From Candidatus Limnocylindria bacterium (lineage in GTDB: Bacteria > Chloroflexota > Limnocylindria > P2-11E): a DNA stretch of 63,375 bases. The position numbers and the translations under genes are program-made. Below, piece by piece: positions 54,384 through 63,144 of the stretch (the first letter of the stretch is position 1; every line of letters starts with the position of its first letter). Where the stretch lies: NCBI GenBank assembly GCA_038227105.1, contig JBBRQB010000004.1, positions 1 to 63,375 of the forward strand, given 5' to 3'. Below the pieces are notes generated by a model. It ran no database searches. It was not told the origin of the DNA and saw only the letters and a list, made by a program, of their open reading frames with translations.

Positions 54384-56042
54384 TCAGTCGCCCTCTTTGC
54401 TGTTGTTGTTCTTCGGCGCCGTCGGCACCTTGATCTGCGGGATCACGTTGAGCCTGGGCGCAGGCGTCTTCTCAGGGGTTTCGGTCTTGGTCGCCGGCTT
54501 TTCGGTGGCCGGTCTTTCGGTCGAGGGCCTTTCGGTCGAGGGCCTTTCAGTTGCGGGCTTCTCCGTGGCGGCTTTCTCGGTGGCGGGACGCTCTGTGACC
54601 GGCTTCGTCCTCTCGTTGTCGCCTGATGTCGTGCCGCTCGTGCTGCTGCCGCCGGTCACGGGTGTGATCGGAATGATGCCGCCCCCCGGATTGAAGAACC
54701 GGCTCGCGGGCGTCGCGGTCGGCTCGGTCTTCTCCGCGTCCTGCTTCTGCTTCGCAGGTTCCGCCGCTTGCGCGTCCTTCGCCTTCTCGGCCGCGTCGCT
54801 CGAGATATCCGGGGCTGGCGTCCGAGTAGCGGGCGTCGCAAGGATCCCGGTGCGACCACCCGTCGTTGTGTTGTCGTTGGACGACGTATTGCGGGTCGGG
54901 CTCGGCGTCTTGCCGCTGTCGTTCTGATCGGTGTTGCTGTTCTGCTCGGCGGCCTTCTTCTGCTCATCTTCGGTCGGCGTCTTCGGCGCTTCGCTGACCT
55001 TGATCGGCTTGGTCTCGGTGATCTTCTTCAGCTTGAGCGACGGCGTCGAGTCACCAGTGTCGGTCGAGCCCGTCGCACCACTCGCGCCCGTCGATCCGGT
55101 CTTGTGCAGCTCGACGCCGGTCACGGCGTTGTCCGACGGCTTGACCTTCTCGGTGACCTGGACGGGCGCCTTGCCCTTCTCCTCGACCTTCGTCGTGACC
55201 TCAACGTCGTCACTCTTGCTCGTGTTGAGGAAGTGCGTCGCGAGGTCGCCATCCGGGATGTTCGGCAGGGTCACGATGGTCTTCCCGTCGACGACCTTCA
55301 CCTGCGCACCCGGCGTCTGGATGATCGTCTTGCCATCCTTGACTCCGTTGGCGCGGCCGAAGGCGTCGACGACGAGCGTGTTCTGATCGCCGACGGTCAC
55401 GGTGACCTTGCGCTCGGGCTCCGGCGCGGGCTGCGGCGGAGTGGGCTTTTGACCATTCTTCGTGGTCGTGATGAGCCCCGGCGTGACCGCAACGGTCGTC
55501 GTGGCTGCCGTGTCACTCGTCGCGACATTGCCCTCGGTCGTCGCGACGGATGTCGTCTGCTCGGCATCGACTCCAACGATGAACTGCGTGCCACGAACGG
55601 ACGCGGTCGATGCGGTGGTGTGAACGTCGTACTTGGATCCGCCCTGCACGAGGTGTGTGACCACGTGCCACGTCGTGCCGAGCTGCTGCCGCATCTCGAT
55701 GACCGTGCTGCCGTCGGGGTTGCCGTGGGCGACCTCGATCGCGAGCTCGGACATCGGCTCGATCTCGACCGTGGATCCCTCGAAGTACGTCAGGACGGCG
55801 CGCGCGTCGGCACCAGTGCGGACGGAGTCGCCGGGGGCGAGGACCATGCCGTCATCGGCGGCGGTGTAGTTGCCGGTACCGTGCCGCACCTGGACGTCGC
55901 CGCTGATGATCGCAAGCGTCGTTGAGGCGCCGAGCGCGGTGCGCTGGTTCTTGGGCGTGAGCACACCCGTCGCGCCGAGCGCGATGGCGAGCACGAACGC
56001 GACACCCAGTGCCGCGGCGGCCAGACGCAGACGGTTGTTCAC
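54384..56042 (-). CDS. FecR-domain membrane protein with long low-complexity Thr/Lys/Pro/Glu tail
   Basis: N-terminal TM helix; GDSVRTG-x-D-x-RA-x-L-x-YFEGS, TASVRGT-x-F-x-V, V-x-T-x-EG-x-V FecR motifs; GTG at 56042. Confidence 0.85.
   Translation of the reverse strand: MNNRLRLAAAALGVAFVLAIALGATGVLTPKNQRTALGASTTLAIISGDVQVRHGTGNYTAADDGMVLAPGDSVRTGADARAVLTYFEGSTVEIEPMSELAIEVAHGNPDGSTVIEMRQQLGTTWHVVTHLVQGGSKYDVHTTASTASVRGTQFIVGVDAEQTTSVATTEGNVATSDTAATTTVAVTPGLITTTKNGQKPTPPQPAPEPERKVTVTVGDQNTLVVDAFGRANGVKDGKTIIQTPGAQVKVVDGKTIVTLPNIPDGDLATHFLNTSKSDDVEVTTKVEEKGKAPVQVTEKVKPSDNAVTGVELHKTGSTGASGATGSTDTGDSTPSLKLKKITETKPIKVSEAPKTPTEDEQKKAAEQNSNTDQNDSGKTPSPTRNTSSNDNTTTGGRTGILATPATRTPAPDISSDAAEKAKDAQAAEPAKQKQDAEKTEPTATPASRFFNPGGGIIPITPVTGGSSTSGTTSGDNERTKPVTERPATEKAATEKPATERPSTERPSTERPATEKPATKTETPEKTPAPRLNVIPQIKVPTAPKNNNSKEGD
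54496..54600 (-). repeat. Seven degenerate 15-nt coding tandem repeats (TE[RK]P[AS]-type pentapeptides)
   Basis: Units begin at 54496, 54511, 54526, 54541, 54556, 54571 and 54586; they encode VTERPATEKAATEKPATERPSTERPSTERPATEKP. Confidence 0.85.
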
Positions 56043-56202
56043 ACCCACCCCTGTACGCGCGCTCCCCGGCGGATAGCCTGCCGGCGACGCCTTGTCGCCT
56101 GCCAGCCGCACGAGTTAACGCCGTGGATGCGTAGATCGTCCTGGTATGGATGGCTGTTCGCGTATCGAACGGGTCGCAGTGCGCCGCTTTTCCGTGCCGT
56201 AG

Positions 56203-56661
56203 TCAATCGCGCGGCGGCGAGTACTCCGAAACGACTACGAGGAACGGACGGGTCCGTCCGGCCTGCACTGTCAGCGGCTCGGTGAGCCCGGGCTTGGCAA
56301 AGACCGGGACCCGGAGCCCGTGGAGCCGCTCCGTCCGCCGCACCCATTTCGTGCCGCAGACCGGGCACGAGAACGGACCGTCGGTCATACGGTCGCCGTG
56401 CTTGAGCAGGATCTTGGCGCAGCAGCGCTCGACATTCGGCTCGTGGCCGTCCTGCGCCGCGAGATATGGAAAGGAGGCGGCCGGCCCCTTCCGCTCGCGG
56501 CGCACGAATGAACGCCCATCCGCTCGCTGGAATGCCCCCTCGCCGCTCGCCGACCAAGAGGTCGCGCACTCTGGACAGCTGAACGCCGTGCCGGGCGCGT
56601 AGAAGCCACCCCACTCGATGATCCAGTCCTCGCAGCAGTCCGCCAGGATCACGCGATCCAT
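56203..56661 (-). CDS. Hypothetical protein with two tandem CC...CPxC zinc-binding repeats
   Basis: ADCCEDW...FSCPECATSW and ERCCAKI...FSCPVCGTKW; start overlaps the 3' end of argF. Confidence 0.75.
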   Translation of the reverse strand: MDRVILADCCEDWIIEWGGFYAPGTAFSCPECATSWSASGEGAFQRADGRSFVRRERKGPAASFPYLAAQDGHEPNVERCCAKILLKHGDRMTDGPFSCPVCGTKWVRRTERLHGLRVPVFAKPGLTEPLTVQAGRTRPFLVVVSEYSPPRD

Positions 56662-57578
56662 CGGAGCACCGCCTTCTGCGCATGGAGCCGATTCTCCGCC
56701 TGATCGAACACCGCGCTGTGTGCTCCATCGATCACTTCGTCTGTGATCTCCTCACCGCGATGCGCCGGAAGGTCGTGCAGGACGATGGCGTCCGGCTTGG
56801 CGTGCAACAGGAGCTCCCGATTCACCTGGAAACCCTGGAACGCGCGGCGGCGGCGCTCGTACTCCTGCTCCTGGCCCATGCTCGTCCAGACATCGGTATA
56901 GACGACATCGGCACCGGACACCGCCGCGACCGGATCGGTCCCGTACGTGATCCGCGCGCCGGTCGAGCGCGCGGCCTCGGCGGCGAGCTCCCGGTAGCGG
57001 GGCAGCGGCTCGAACCGCGCCGGCGACGCGACGCGGAGCGTCATGCCGGTCTTCGCGGCTCCGAGCATCAGCGAATGGGCCACGTTGTTGCCGTCCCCGA
57101 TGAACGCCGCGGTCACCTTCTCGAGCGCGCCCTTTCGTTCCCGGATCGTGAAGATGTCCGCCAGCCCCTGGCACGGATGGCTCAGATCCGAGAGGCCGTT
57201 GATCACCGGGATCGATGCGTACTTCGCGAACTCCTCGAGCGTCTCGTGCGAGTTCGTGCGCAGCACGACGATGTCGACGTACCGGCTCACCACTCGCGCC
57301 ACGTCGGAGACGCTCTCGCGCCGGCCGAGCCCGACCTCCTGCGGCGATAGATAGGAGCTGTGCCCGCCGAGGTCGCGCATCGCCACGTCGAAGCTCAAAC
57401 GGGTCCGCAGGCTCGGCTTCTCGAAGATCATCGCGAGGGCACGGCCGCGCAGCGGGGAGTCGCTGGGTACCGGATCGCGCTTCAGCGCCTCGGCGTCGTC
57501 GAGGAGCGCCCTGACCTCCGCGGTCGAGAGGTCGGCGATGGAGAGGAAGTGGCGCACGCGCGTCGCGACCGCGGTCAT
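56649..57578 (-). CDS. argF: Ornithine carbamoyltransferase
   Basis: FEKPSLRT, NGLSDLSHPCQ, GDGNN, DVWTSMGQE, HDLPAHRGEE, QAENR; ATG at 57578. Confidence 0.93.
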   Translation of the reverse strand: MTAVATRVRHFLSIADLSTAEVRALLDDAEALKRDPVPSDSPLRGRALAMIFEKPSLRTRLSFDVAMRDLGGHSSYLSPQEVGLGRRESVSDVARVVSRYVDIVVLRTNSHETLEEFAKYASIPVINGLSDLSHPCQGLADIFTIRERKGALEKVTAAFIGDGNNVAHSLMLGAAKTGMTLRVASPARFEPLPRYRELAAEAARSTGARITYGTDPVAAVSGADVVYTDVWTSMGQEQEYERRRRAFQGFQVNRELLLHAKPDAIVLHDLPAHRGEEITDEVIDGAHSAVFDQAENRLHAQKAVLRWIA

Positions 57579-58600
57579 CGCACGGCCCGCAGGCGCGGAC
57601 GCTGCGCATTCACGAGGCCCATGAGCGCTTCTGCCAGGCGCGAGCTGTCGTGCCGGATGGTGTCCTGCTTGTTCCAGAGCTCGCGTGGCCCGCTCCACTT
57701 GTCGATGATCGCGCCCTTCGCGACGCGCACGCCGAGCGCCTCGATCCGCGCGATCTCGTCCGCGACGGGCTCGAGGTACCGCATCCCCTGCTCCGCGTGA
57801 TGGTCGCGCAGGTGCGCAGGCGGCGGATCGTCGTTCACGAGCGCGACGTCGAGCCCCGATCCGCCGAGGTAGTCGAGGATCGTCGCCACATGACCGGACA
57901 GCGTCACGGCGTCGGTCTGCCCGGGCTGGGTCGTCGTGTTCGCGATGTAGACGACGAGGCCGCTGGCCTCGCTGATCGTTCGCGCGATCTCCGGCACCAG
58001 CAGGCACGCGGCGACCGTCGTATAGAGCGATCCGGGTCCGAGCGTGATGAGGTCCGCGGCCTCGATGGCCTCGCAGGTCCCCGCAGCGGCCTTCACGTCG
58101 GCGTCGCGAAGGTAGATGCGTTCGATCGGCGCCTTGCCGATCGCGCGGACGTTCACCTCTTCTTCGACGACGGTCCCGTCCGTGAGCTTCGCGCACAGGT
58201 GCGTGTTGTAGAGCGTCACCGGCAGGACCTTGCCGCGGATCTGCAGCAGCCGCGACGCCTCTTCGACGGCACGCAGGAACGAGCCCTCCTGCTGGGCGAG
58301 CGCGGCGAGGAAGAGGTTCCCGAAGGCCATCCCATTCAGCTCGTTGCTGTTCTCGGTCTCGAAACGGTGGCTGAACAGGCGGCGGAGGACGGGGTCGCCC
58401 TCGGCGAGCACGGCGAGCGCGTTGCGGATGTCGCCGGGCGCCGGCACGTCGAGCGCGACACGCACCTTGCCGGTGGACCGGCCCGAATCTGTCACCGCGA
58501 TGATCCCGGTGATGTCGTCCGTATGCGCCCGCAGGCCGGACATGACGGCGGGTGCCCCGAGCCCGCCCCCCAGGCAGACGACCTTCAACGGCGTTGGCAT
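57575..58600 (-). CDS. yvcK: YvcK/GlmR (UPF0052, CofD-like) protein
   Basis: GGG-x-G, VTDSGRSTG, PGDIRN, GN-x-FLAAL, GPGSLYT-x-V. Confidence 0.9.
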   Translation of the reverse strand: MPTPLKVVCLGGGLGAPAVMSGLRAHTDDITGIIAVTDSGRSTGKVRVALDVPAPGDIRNALAVLAEGDPVLRRLFSHRFETENSNELNGMAFGNLFLAALAQQEGSFLRAVEEASRLLQIRGKVLPVTLYNTHLCAKLTDGTVVEEEVNVRAIGKAPIERIYLRDADVKAAAGTCEAIEAADLITLGPGSLYTTVAACLLVPEIARTISEASGLVVYIANTTTQPGQTDAVTLSGHVATILDYLGGSGLDVALVNDDPPPAHLRDHHAEQGMRYLEPVADEIARIEALGVRVAKGAIIDKWSGPRELWNKQDTIRHDSSRLAEALMGLVNAQRPRLRAVR

Positions 58601-58699
58601 GCCGGGATTTTCGCAGGTATCCGAACGCTTTACCTCTATTCACGGTGTCACCCGCCGGAGTGAGGCGCGCGGTCCGGCCGGGCGCCATGCTCACCGCTC

Positions 58700-59644
58700 A
58701 TGCGACTGAGATCCGTCACCTCGACCATCCGGCAGGCGGCGCCGTGGCTGGCGCTCACCGGCGTCATCGGCATCGTGGACTACATCACGCCATCCTCCTA
58801 CGCCTTCGCATCCATTTACTTCATTCCGATCTTCCCCGCCGCGTGGCGCTCCCGCGCCGCCGGCTTCATCGTCGCCGCTGCCTCGGCCACGCTCTGGATC
58901 TTCGCCGACATCGCGCAGCGGCCGGTGACCGATGAGGCCGCGCAGTATTGGAACTACTCGACGCGCATCGTCGTCTTCGTGCTCGCTGTCATCCTTGCGT
59001 CCACGCTCCAGAAGGAGCGGTCGCGCATCGCCGAGCTCGACCGGCAGCGGCGTAGCCTCCTCACCCTCGTTGAGCACGAGGTCCCCGGTCCGCTCCGCGA
59101 GCTCGCGAACGAGCTCCGGACGATCGCCGGAATCGATGCTGTGGACGCGGAGCGCCTGACCAAGCGTGCCGAGCAGCTCGTGTTCTTGTCCGACGACCTC
59201 GCCTCGCTTGGCGAGCTCGAGGCCGGCACGCTAAAGCTCCAGAAGCGCCCGACGAACGTCGTCGAGATGGTCCACGAGCTCCGCGCGAACGCCGTCTCGA
59301 AGGCGCATGTCCTCCTCACCGTCCCCGTCGCGCCGGTGAACGTGAATGCCGATCCTGACCGGCTGCGCCAGGCGCTCGACGCGATGCTCCGCGAGGTCAG
59401 CGCCACCGCAGAGACCGTGAGCGTCGACTGCCGGTCGGCCAAGGGCTCCGTCTCGATCTCCATCGCGAGCGCCACCATGACGATGCCCGCGACCGCAGCC
59501 CAGCTCGTGAGCGGCGACGATCCGTCGATCGGCGCGCGCACCCAGCTCGCTCGCGTGCTCCTCGCGGCCCACGGTGGCACGCTCTCGAGCGTGCGCGAGT
59601 CCATGGGTCGCGGTCAGCGGCTCATCGCCCGACTCCCCGTCTAA
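58700..59644 (+). CDS. DUF4118-like membrane sensor with degenerate histidine-kinase core (paralog of 9700-10650)
   Basis: Same N-terminal TM pattern (D-x-x-T...PAAW...YWN-x-x-TR) and LVEHEVPGP; no N-box Asn or G1 box. Confidence 0.75.
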   Translation: MRLRSVTSTIRQAAPWLALTGVIGIVDYITPSSYAFASIYFIPIFPAAWRSRAAGFIVAAASATLWIFADIAQRPVTDEAAQYWNYSTRIVVFVLAVILASTLQKERSRIAELDRQRRSLLTLVEHEVPGPLRELANELRTIAGIDAVDAERLTKRAEQLVFLSDDLASLGELEAGTLKLQKRPTNVVEMVHELRANAVSKAHVLLTVPVAPVNVNADPDRLRQALDAMLREVSATAETVSVDCRSAKGSVSISIASATMTMPATAAQLVSGDDPSIGARTQLARVLLAAHGGTLSSVRESMGRGQRLIARLPV

Positions 59645-59710
59645 AGAAGCCGCGGCTTCGCCGGCCACTACCAGGACGCGGGAAGGGCGACGTCGTCCTA
59701 GGCTCTCGCG

Positions 59711-60151
59711 ATGCGCCGCCATATGCCCGCGTGGGCCGTCCAGTTCGCCGTCGGCATGGCTCTCGTCCTGGTGGCGATCGCCATCTTCGCGGCGCTCCTC
59801 GGTGCGGCCGTCCGGGGACCGACGGCGTTCTTCGATGAGCTCGGCAAGAACGTCGCGCGCCTTGCTCCCCAGGCGCAGCCCGACATCCGCGACGACGCGC
59901 AGCTGAAGGCGGCCATCCGGGCGATGCCTGACGGCAAGCTGCGCGTCGGGTCGGTCGTCGAGGACAAGGACCAGGTGGTGTTCACGATCACCGCGCCGCG
60001 CTCGGCGGTGCATGCGCTCGTGAAGCCGGGCGACGAGCTGCGGGTCGGGCGCGACGGGAACATCGAGATCGTGCCGACTGGGATCCCCGGCGTGCTCGAT
60101 CAGCTCCAGCGGAGCATCGAGGACCTCAAGAAGCGCTTCTTCGGGCCGTAG
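59711..60151 (+). CDS. Hypothetical membrane-anchored protein
   Basis: N-terminal TM helix and coding-like composition; TAGGCT-N6-ATG leaderless arrangement. Confidence 0.75.
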   Translation: MRRHMPAWAVQFAVGMALVLVAIAIFAALLGAAVRGPTAFFDELGKNVARLAPQAQPDIRDDAQLKAAIRAMPDGKLRVGSVVEDKDQVVFTITAPRSAVHALVKPGDELRVGRDGNIEIVPTGIPGVLDQLQRSIEDLKKRFFGP

Positions 60152-60176
60152 CGTCCCGGACCGTGGGGCCGGACGA

Positions 60177-60210
60177 ACAAAAGGGGCGCTCACCCGTGCG
60201 GGGAGCGCCC
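60177..60210 (-). terminator. Intrinsic terminator of the small minus-strand ORF
   Basis: Minus strand GGGCGCTCCCCG-CA-CGGG-T-GAGCGCCC followed by CTTTTGTT. Confidence 0.75.
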
Positions 60211-60236
60211 AATCTGTCCGACAAGGAAGCTTGTTG

Positions 60237-60431
60237 CTAGCTGGCGCGCTTGAGGGACGCGCCGTGCGCCTTGATCGCGGCGGTCTGGCGGGCGACGAGC
60301 TCGCCGCGCCACGCCTTGCGACGCTCGAGCGCCTCGCTGTAGCCGTGGTCGTAGGAACGGACCGCAAGGAAGCCGACAACGATGATGCCGAGGGCGGTGC
60401 CGACCATGATTCCGAGAGCGAAGATGAGCAT
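60237..60431 (-). CDS. Small single-TM hypothetical protein (64 aa)
   Basis: MLIFALGIMVGTALGIIVVGFLAVRSYDHGY...; has its own downstream terminator. Confidence 0.7.
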   Translation of the reverse strand: MLIFALGIMVGTALGIIVVGFLAVRSYDHGYSEALERRKAWRGELVARQTAAIKAHGASLKRAS

Positions 60432-60542
60432 TCTGTTTCTGCCTTTCCGCGCACCTGGCGCGGTCCGTAATTCCTGATCTTCTGAATGCACGGGTCGTGC
60501 CATATCGCTCGCCACGGCGGGCGTGACCCGGAACGTGGCAGC

Positions 60543-61280
60543 ATGGCGGGCGAAGTGACGATCGCAGCACCCGCCGTCGAGGCCCGCGACCTCCGGAAAT
60601 GTTTCGGCCCGGTAACGGCGCTCGACGGCCTGACCCTTTCGGTGAGCGCGGGCGAGATCTACGGGCTGCTCGGGCCGAACGGCTCCGGAAAGACGACCTT
60701 GATCCGCGCGCTCGCCGGACTGATCCGACCCGACGAGGGCGAGCTTTCCGTGTTCGGCGCGGCGCCGCGTGCCGCCGTCGCGAGCGGTGCGGTGGGCTAT
60801 ATGACCCAGGCGGCGGCGCTGTACGCCGACCTCACCATCGAGGAGAACCTGCGCTTCTTCGCCACGCTCGAAGGCGTGACCGACGTCCGGGCGCGAGTGG
60901 ACGAAGCGCTCGGCCACGTCGACCTGCTCGACCGGCGGTCCTCGATCGTCGGCACGCTCTCCGGCGGGATGAAGACGCGCGTGTCGCTGGCCGCGACGCT
61001 GCTGCATCAGCCGCGGCTGCTGCTCCTCGACGAGCCCACCGTGGGCGTGGATCCCGCGCTGCGCCGCGAGTTCTGGCAGCACTTCCGCTCGCTCGCGAGC
61101 GCGGGGACGACCATCCTCGTCTCAAGCCACGTCATGGACGAGGCGTCGCGCTGCGACCGCCTCGGCCTCATCCGCGCAGGTCGTCTGCTCGCGGAGGGCA
61201 GCGCGGCGGAGCTCATGTCACGGGCCGGCACAGCGGATCTCGAGTCCGCGTTCCTGGCACTCTCCGAGGCGCCGGCATGA
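60543..61280 (+). CDS. ABC-2 exporter ATP-binding subunit
   Basis: GPNGSGKT, LSGGMK, LLDEPT, SSH. Confidence 0.92.
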   Translation: MAGEVTIAAPAVEARDLRKCFGPVTALDGLTLSVSAGEIYGLLGPNGSGKTTLIRALAGLIRPDEGELSVFGAAPRAAVASGAVGYMTQAAALYADLTIEENLRFFATLEGVTDVRARVDEALGHVDLLDRRSSIVGTLSGGMKTRVSLAATLLHQPRLLLLDEPTVGVDPALRREFWQHFRSLASAGTTILVSSHVMDEASRCDRLGLIRAGRLLAEGSAAELMSRAGTADLESAFLALSEAPA

Positions 61281-62326
61281 ACCCACGCCGCGCCGGCGCC
61301 GTCGCCAGACGCATCGTGCTGCAGTTCCGCCGCGACCGGCGGTCGCTCGGACTCCTGTTCATCGCGCCCATGGTCGTGCTCACGCTCGTGGGCGCGCTCT
61401 GGGGCTCACCCACGCTGTCGAAGGTCCACGTCATCGCCGCCGGCAACGTCGATCCGCAGCTCTACGCGGCGCTGCAGGGCACGCAGATCGAGCTGAAGGC
61501 GCTCGACAAGGACGCCGCGATCGAGGAGCTGAAGGCCGGCCGCGCCGACGCGGTCATCGAGTTCGACCAAAGCGGCGCGACGGTCACGCTCGAGGGCTCC
61601 GATCCGTCTCGCACCAGCGCGATCGCCTCCACGATCCAGGCGGCGTTGACGGAGCTCATCATCGGCGCGCCATTGTCGGCGGCGGTGAAGATCGAGTATC
61701 TCTACGGCGGTCCCGACTACACGCTGCTCGATTACCTCGCGCCGGTGCTCATCGCGGTATTCGCGTTCTTCTTCATCTTCCTGCTCTCGACCGTCTCCTT
61801 CCTCCGCGAGCGCACCAGCGGAACGCTCGAGCGACTCATCGCGACCCCGATCACCAGGCTCGAGCTCGTCGTCGGGTACCTCGGCGGCTTCGCGCTCTTT
61901 GCGCTCGCGCAGGCAGTCGTCATTCTCCTGTTCACGGTGTTCGTGCTGAAGGTGCAGTACCGCGGCAACCTCCTGACGATCTTCGTCGTTGAGGCGGTAC
62001 TCGTGGTCGGCGCCGTGTCGCTCGGCCTCGCGATCTCCGCCTTCGCCCGGAACGAGCTCCAGGCCGTCCAGTTCGTGCCGCTCGTTCTCCTGCCCCAGGT
62101 TTTCCTCTCTGGACTTCTCGTGCCGGTGGATCAGCTCAACGACTGGCTGCGGCCCCTGTCAGCGATCTTCCCGCTCACCTACGCGAACGAGGCCCTGCGT
62201 TCGGTCATGGTCCGCGGCTACGCCATCACGGACCCGCTGATCCTGCGCGACATCGGCATCCTGACCGCGTTCGCCCTGGTCATGGCCGCCGCAGCGGTGG
62301 CGTCGATCCGCCGCGAAGTCGCCTGA
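61277..62326 (+). CDS. ABC-2 exporter permease
   Basis: RRDRRSL, RERTSGTLERL-x-x-TP, PQVFLSG-x-x-x-P, PLTYA. Confidence 0.92.
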   Translation: MNPRRAGAVARRIVLQFRRDRRSLGLLFIAPMVVLTLVGALWGSPTLSKVHVIAAGNVDPQLYAALQGTQIELKALDKDAAIEELKAGRADAVIEFDQSGATVTLEGSDPSRTSAIASTIQAALTELIIGAPLSAAVKIEYLYGGPDYTLLDYLAPVLIAVFAFFFIFLLSTVSFLRERTSGTLERLIATPITRLELVVGYLGGFALFALAQAVVILLFTVFVLKVQYRGNLLTIFVVEAVLVVGAVSLGLAISAFARNELQAVQFVPLVLLPQVFLSGLLVPVDQLNDWLRPLSAIFPLTYANEALRSVMVRGYAITDPLILRDIGILTAFALVMAAAAVASIRREVA

Positions 62327-62367
62327 CTCCCCCATTCAGGGGACGCCGTCGGACCGTCGCGGACGGG

Positions 62368-62521
62368 TATGCTGGTGTCGATTTGAGGAATGAGAATGGA
62401 CCCTGCGGGGTCCCGGTCCGCCGAGGCGGTCTGCCGTCTGTGCAACGTTTGGCCGCGCCGTTGGCGCGGCCTTTTTGTTGCCCACGCGGGTCTCAGACCG
62501 CGAACACGAAACGCTAGGAGG
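62368..62521 (+). promoter_or_regulatory. Promoter plus structured leader with intrinsic terminator (attenuator/riboswitch candidate) upstream of DUF47-pit
   Basis: TATGCT -10 (62368-62373); hairpins 62398-62413 and 62414-62433; terminator GGCCGCGCC-GTT-GGCGCGGCC-TTTTT (62451-62476); AGGAGG SD at 62516. Confidence 0.75.
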
Positions 62522-62526
62522 ATCGC

Positions 62527-63144
62527 ATGCGAATCTCGCTCATGCCCAAGAAGAGCATCTTCTTCACGCTATTCAGCCAGCACGCGCAGAACGCCCTCGA
62601 GGCGACCCAGGCGCTCGAAAAGCTCTTTTCCGACTTCACCGATGTCGACAACAAGGCCCGCGACATCCACGCGATCGAGCACTACGGAGACAAGCTGACG
62701 CATCAGATCATGCGGGAGCTGAACGAGACGTTCGTTACACCGCTCGATCGCGAGGACATTTTTGGGCTCGCATCGAAGCTGGACGACGTGACCGACGTCT
62801 GCCACGACGTCGCTGAGATGGTCGTCCTCTACAAGGTCCGCAGCATCCGCCCGCTCGCGGTGCAACAGGCGAAGGTCCTGGTGGCTGCCGCGACGCATCT
62901 CGTGACAGCGATCAAGGACCTCGAGAAGCTGGACGGGCTGGAGCCGCACTGGATCAAGATCCACACGCTCGAGAACGAGGGCGACTCCCTGTTCCGCTCC
63001 GCCGTCGGCGAGCTTTTTGCCCAGACCACGGACGCGATCGAGATCATCAAGTGGAAGGACCTGCACGCCCTCATTGAGGTCGCGATCGACCGCTGCGAAG
63101 ACGTCGCGAACATCGTTGAGACCATCGTGGTGAAGCACAAGTAA
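62527..63144 (+). CDS. DUF47 (PhoU-like) phosphate transport regulator
   Basis: IEH-x-GD, F-x-TPLDREDI, LDDV-x-D, LENEGD, DRCEDVAN. Confidence 0.93.
   Translation: MRISLMPKKSIFFTLFSQHAQNALEATQALEKLFSDFTDVDNKARDIHAIEHYGDKLTHQIMRELNETFVTPLDREDIFGLASKLDDVTDVCHDVAEMVVLYKVRSIRPLAVQQAKVLVAAATHLVTAIKDLEKLDGLEPHWIKIHTLENEGDSLFRSAVGELFAQTTDAIEIIKWKDLHALIEVAIDRCEDVANIVETIVVKHK

Noticed and set aside
54496-54600. Tandem repeats as a CRISPR array
   Set aside because: They are 15-nt in-frame degenerate coding repeats with no spacers and no cas genes.
54234-56200. tRNA-His as the integration site of a genomic island
   Set aside because: No integrase or transposase, and I found no duplicate of the tRNA 3' end in the window. 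The somewhat lower GC nearby is insufficient evidence.
56649-58694. 681-aa ORF suggesting a large N-terminal fusion to ArgF
   Set aside because: The upstream part is an out-of-frame read of yvcK. OTC homology starts at ATG 57578, which overlaps the yvcK stop.
62405-62440. ykkC-family riboswitch resemblance (GGGGTCCCG-hairpin-CTG) in the pit leader
   Set aside because: The leader is too short and lacks the P2/P3 and AAAAGCC-like 3' elements. It is kept only as an unclassified attenuator candidate.
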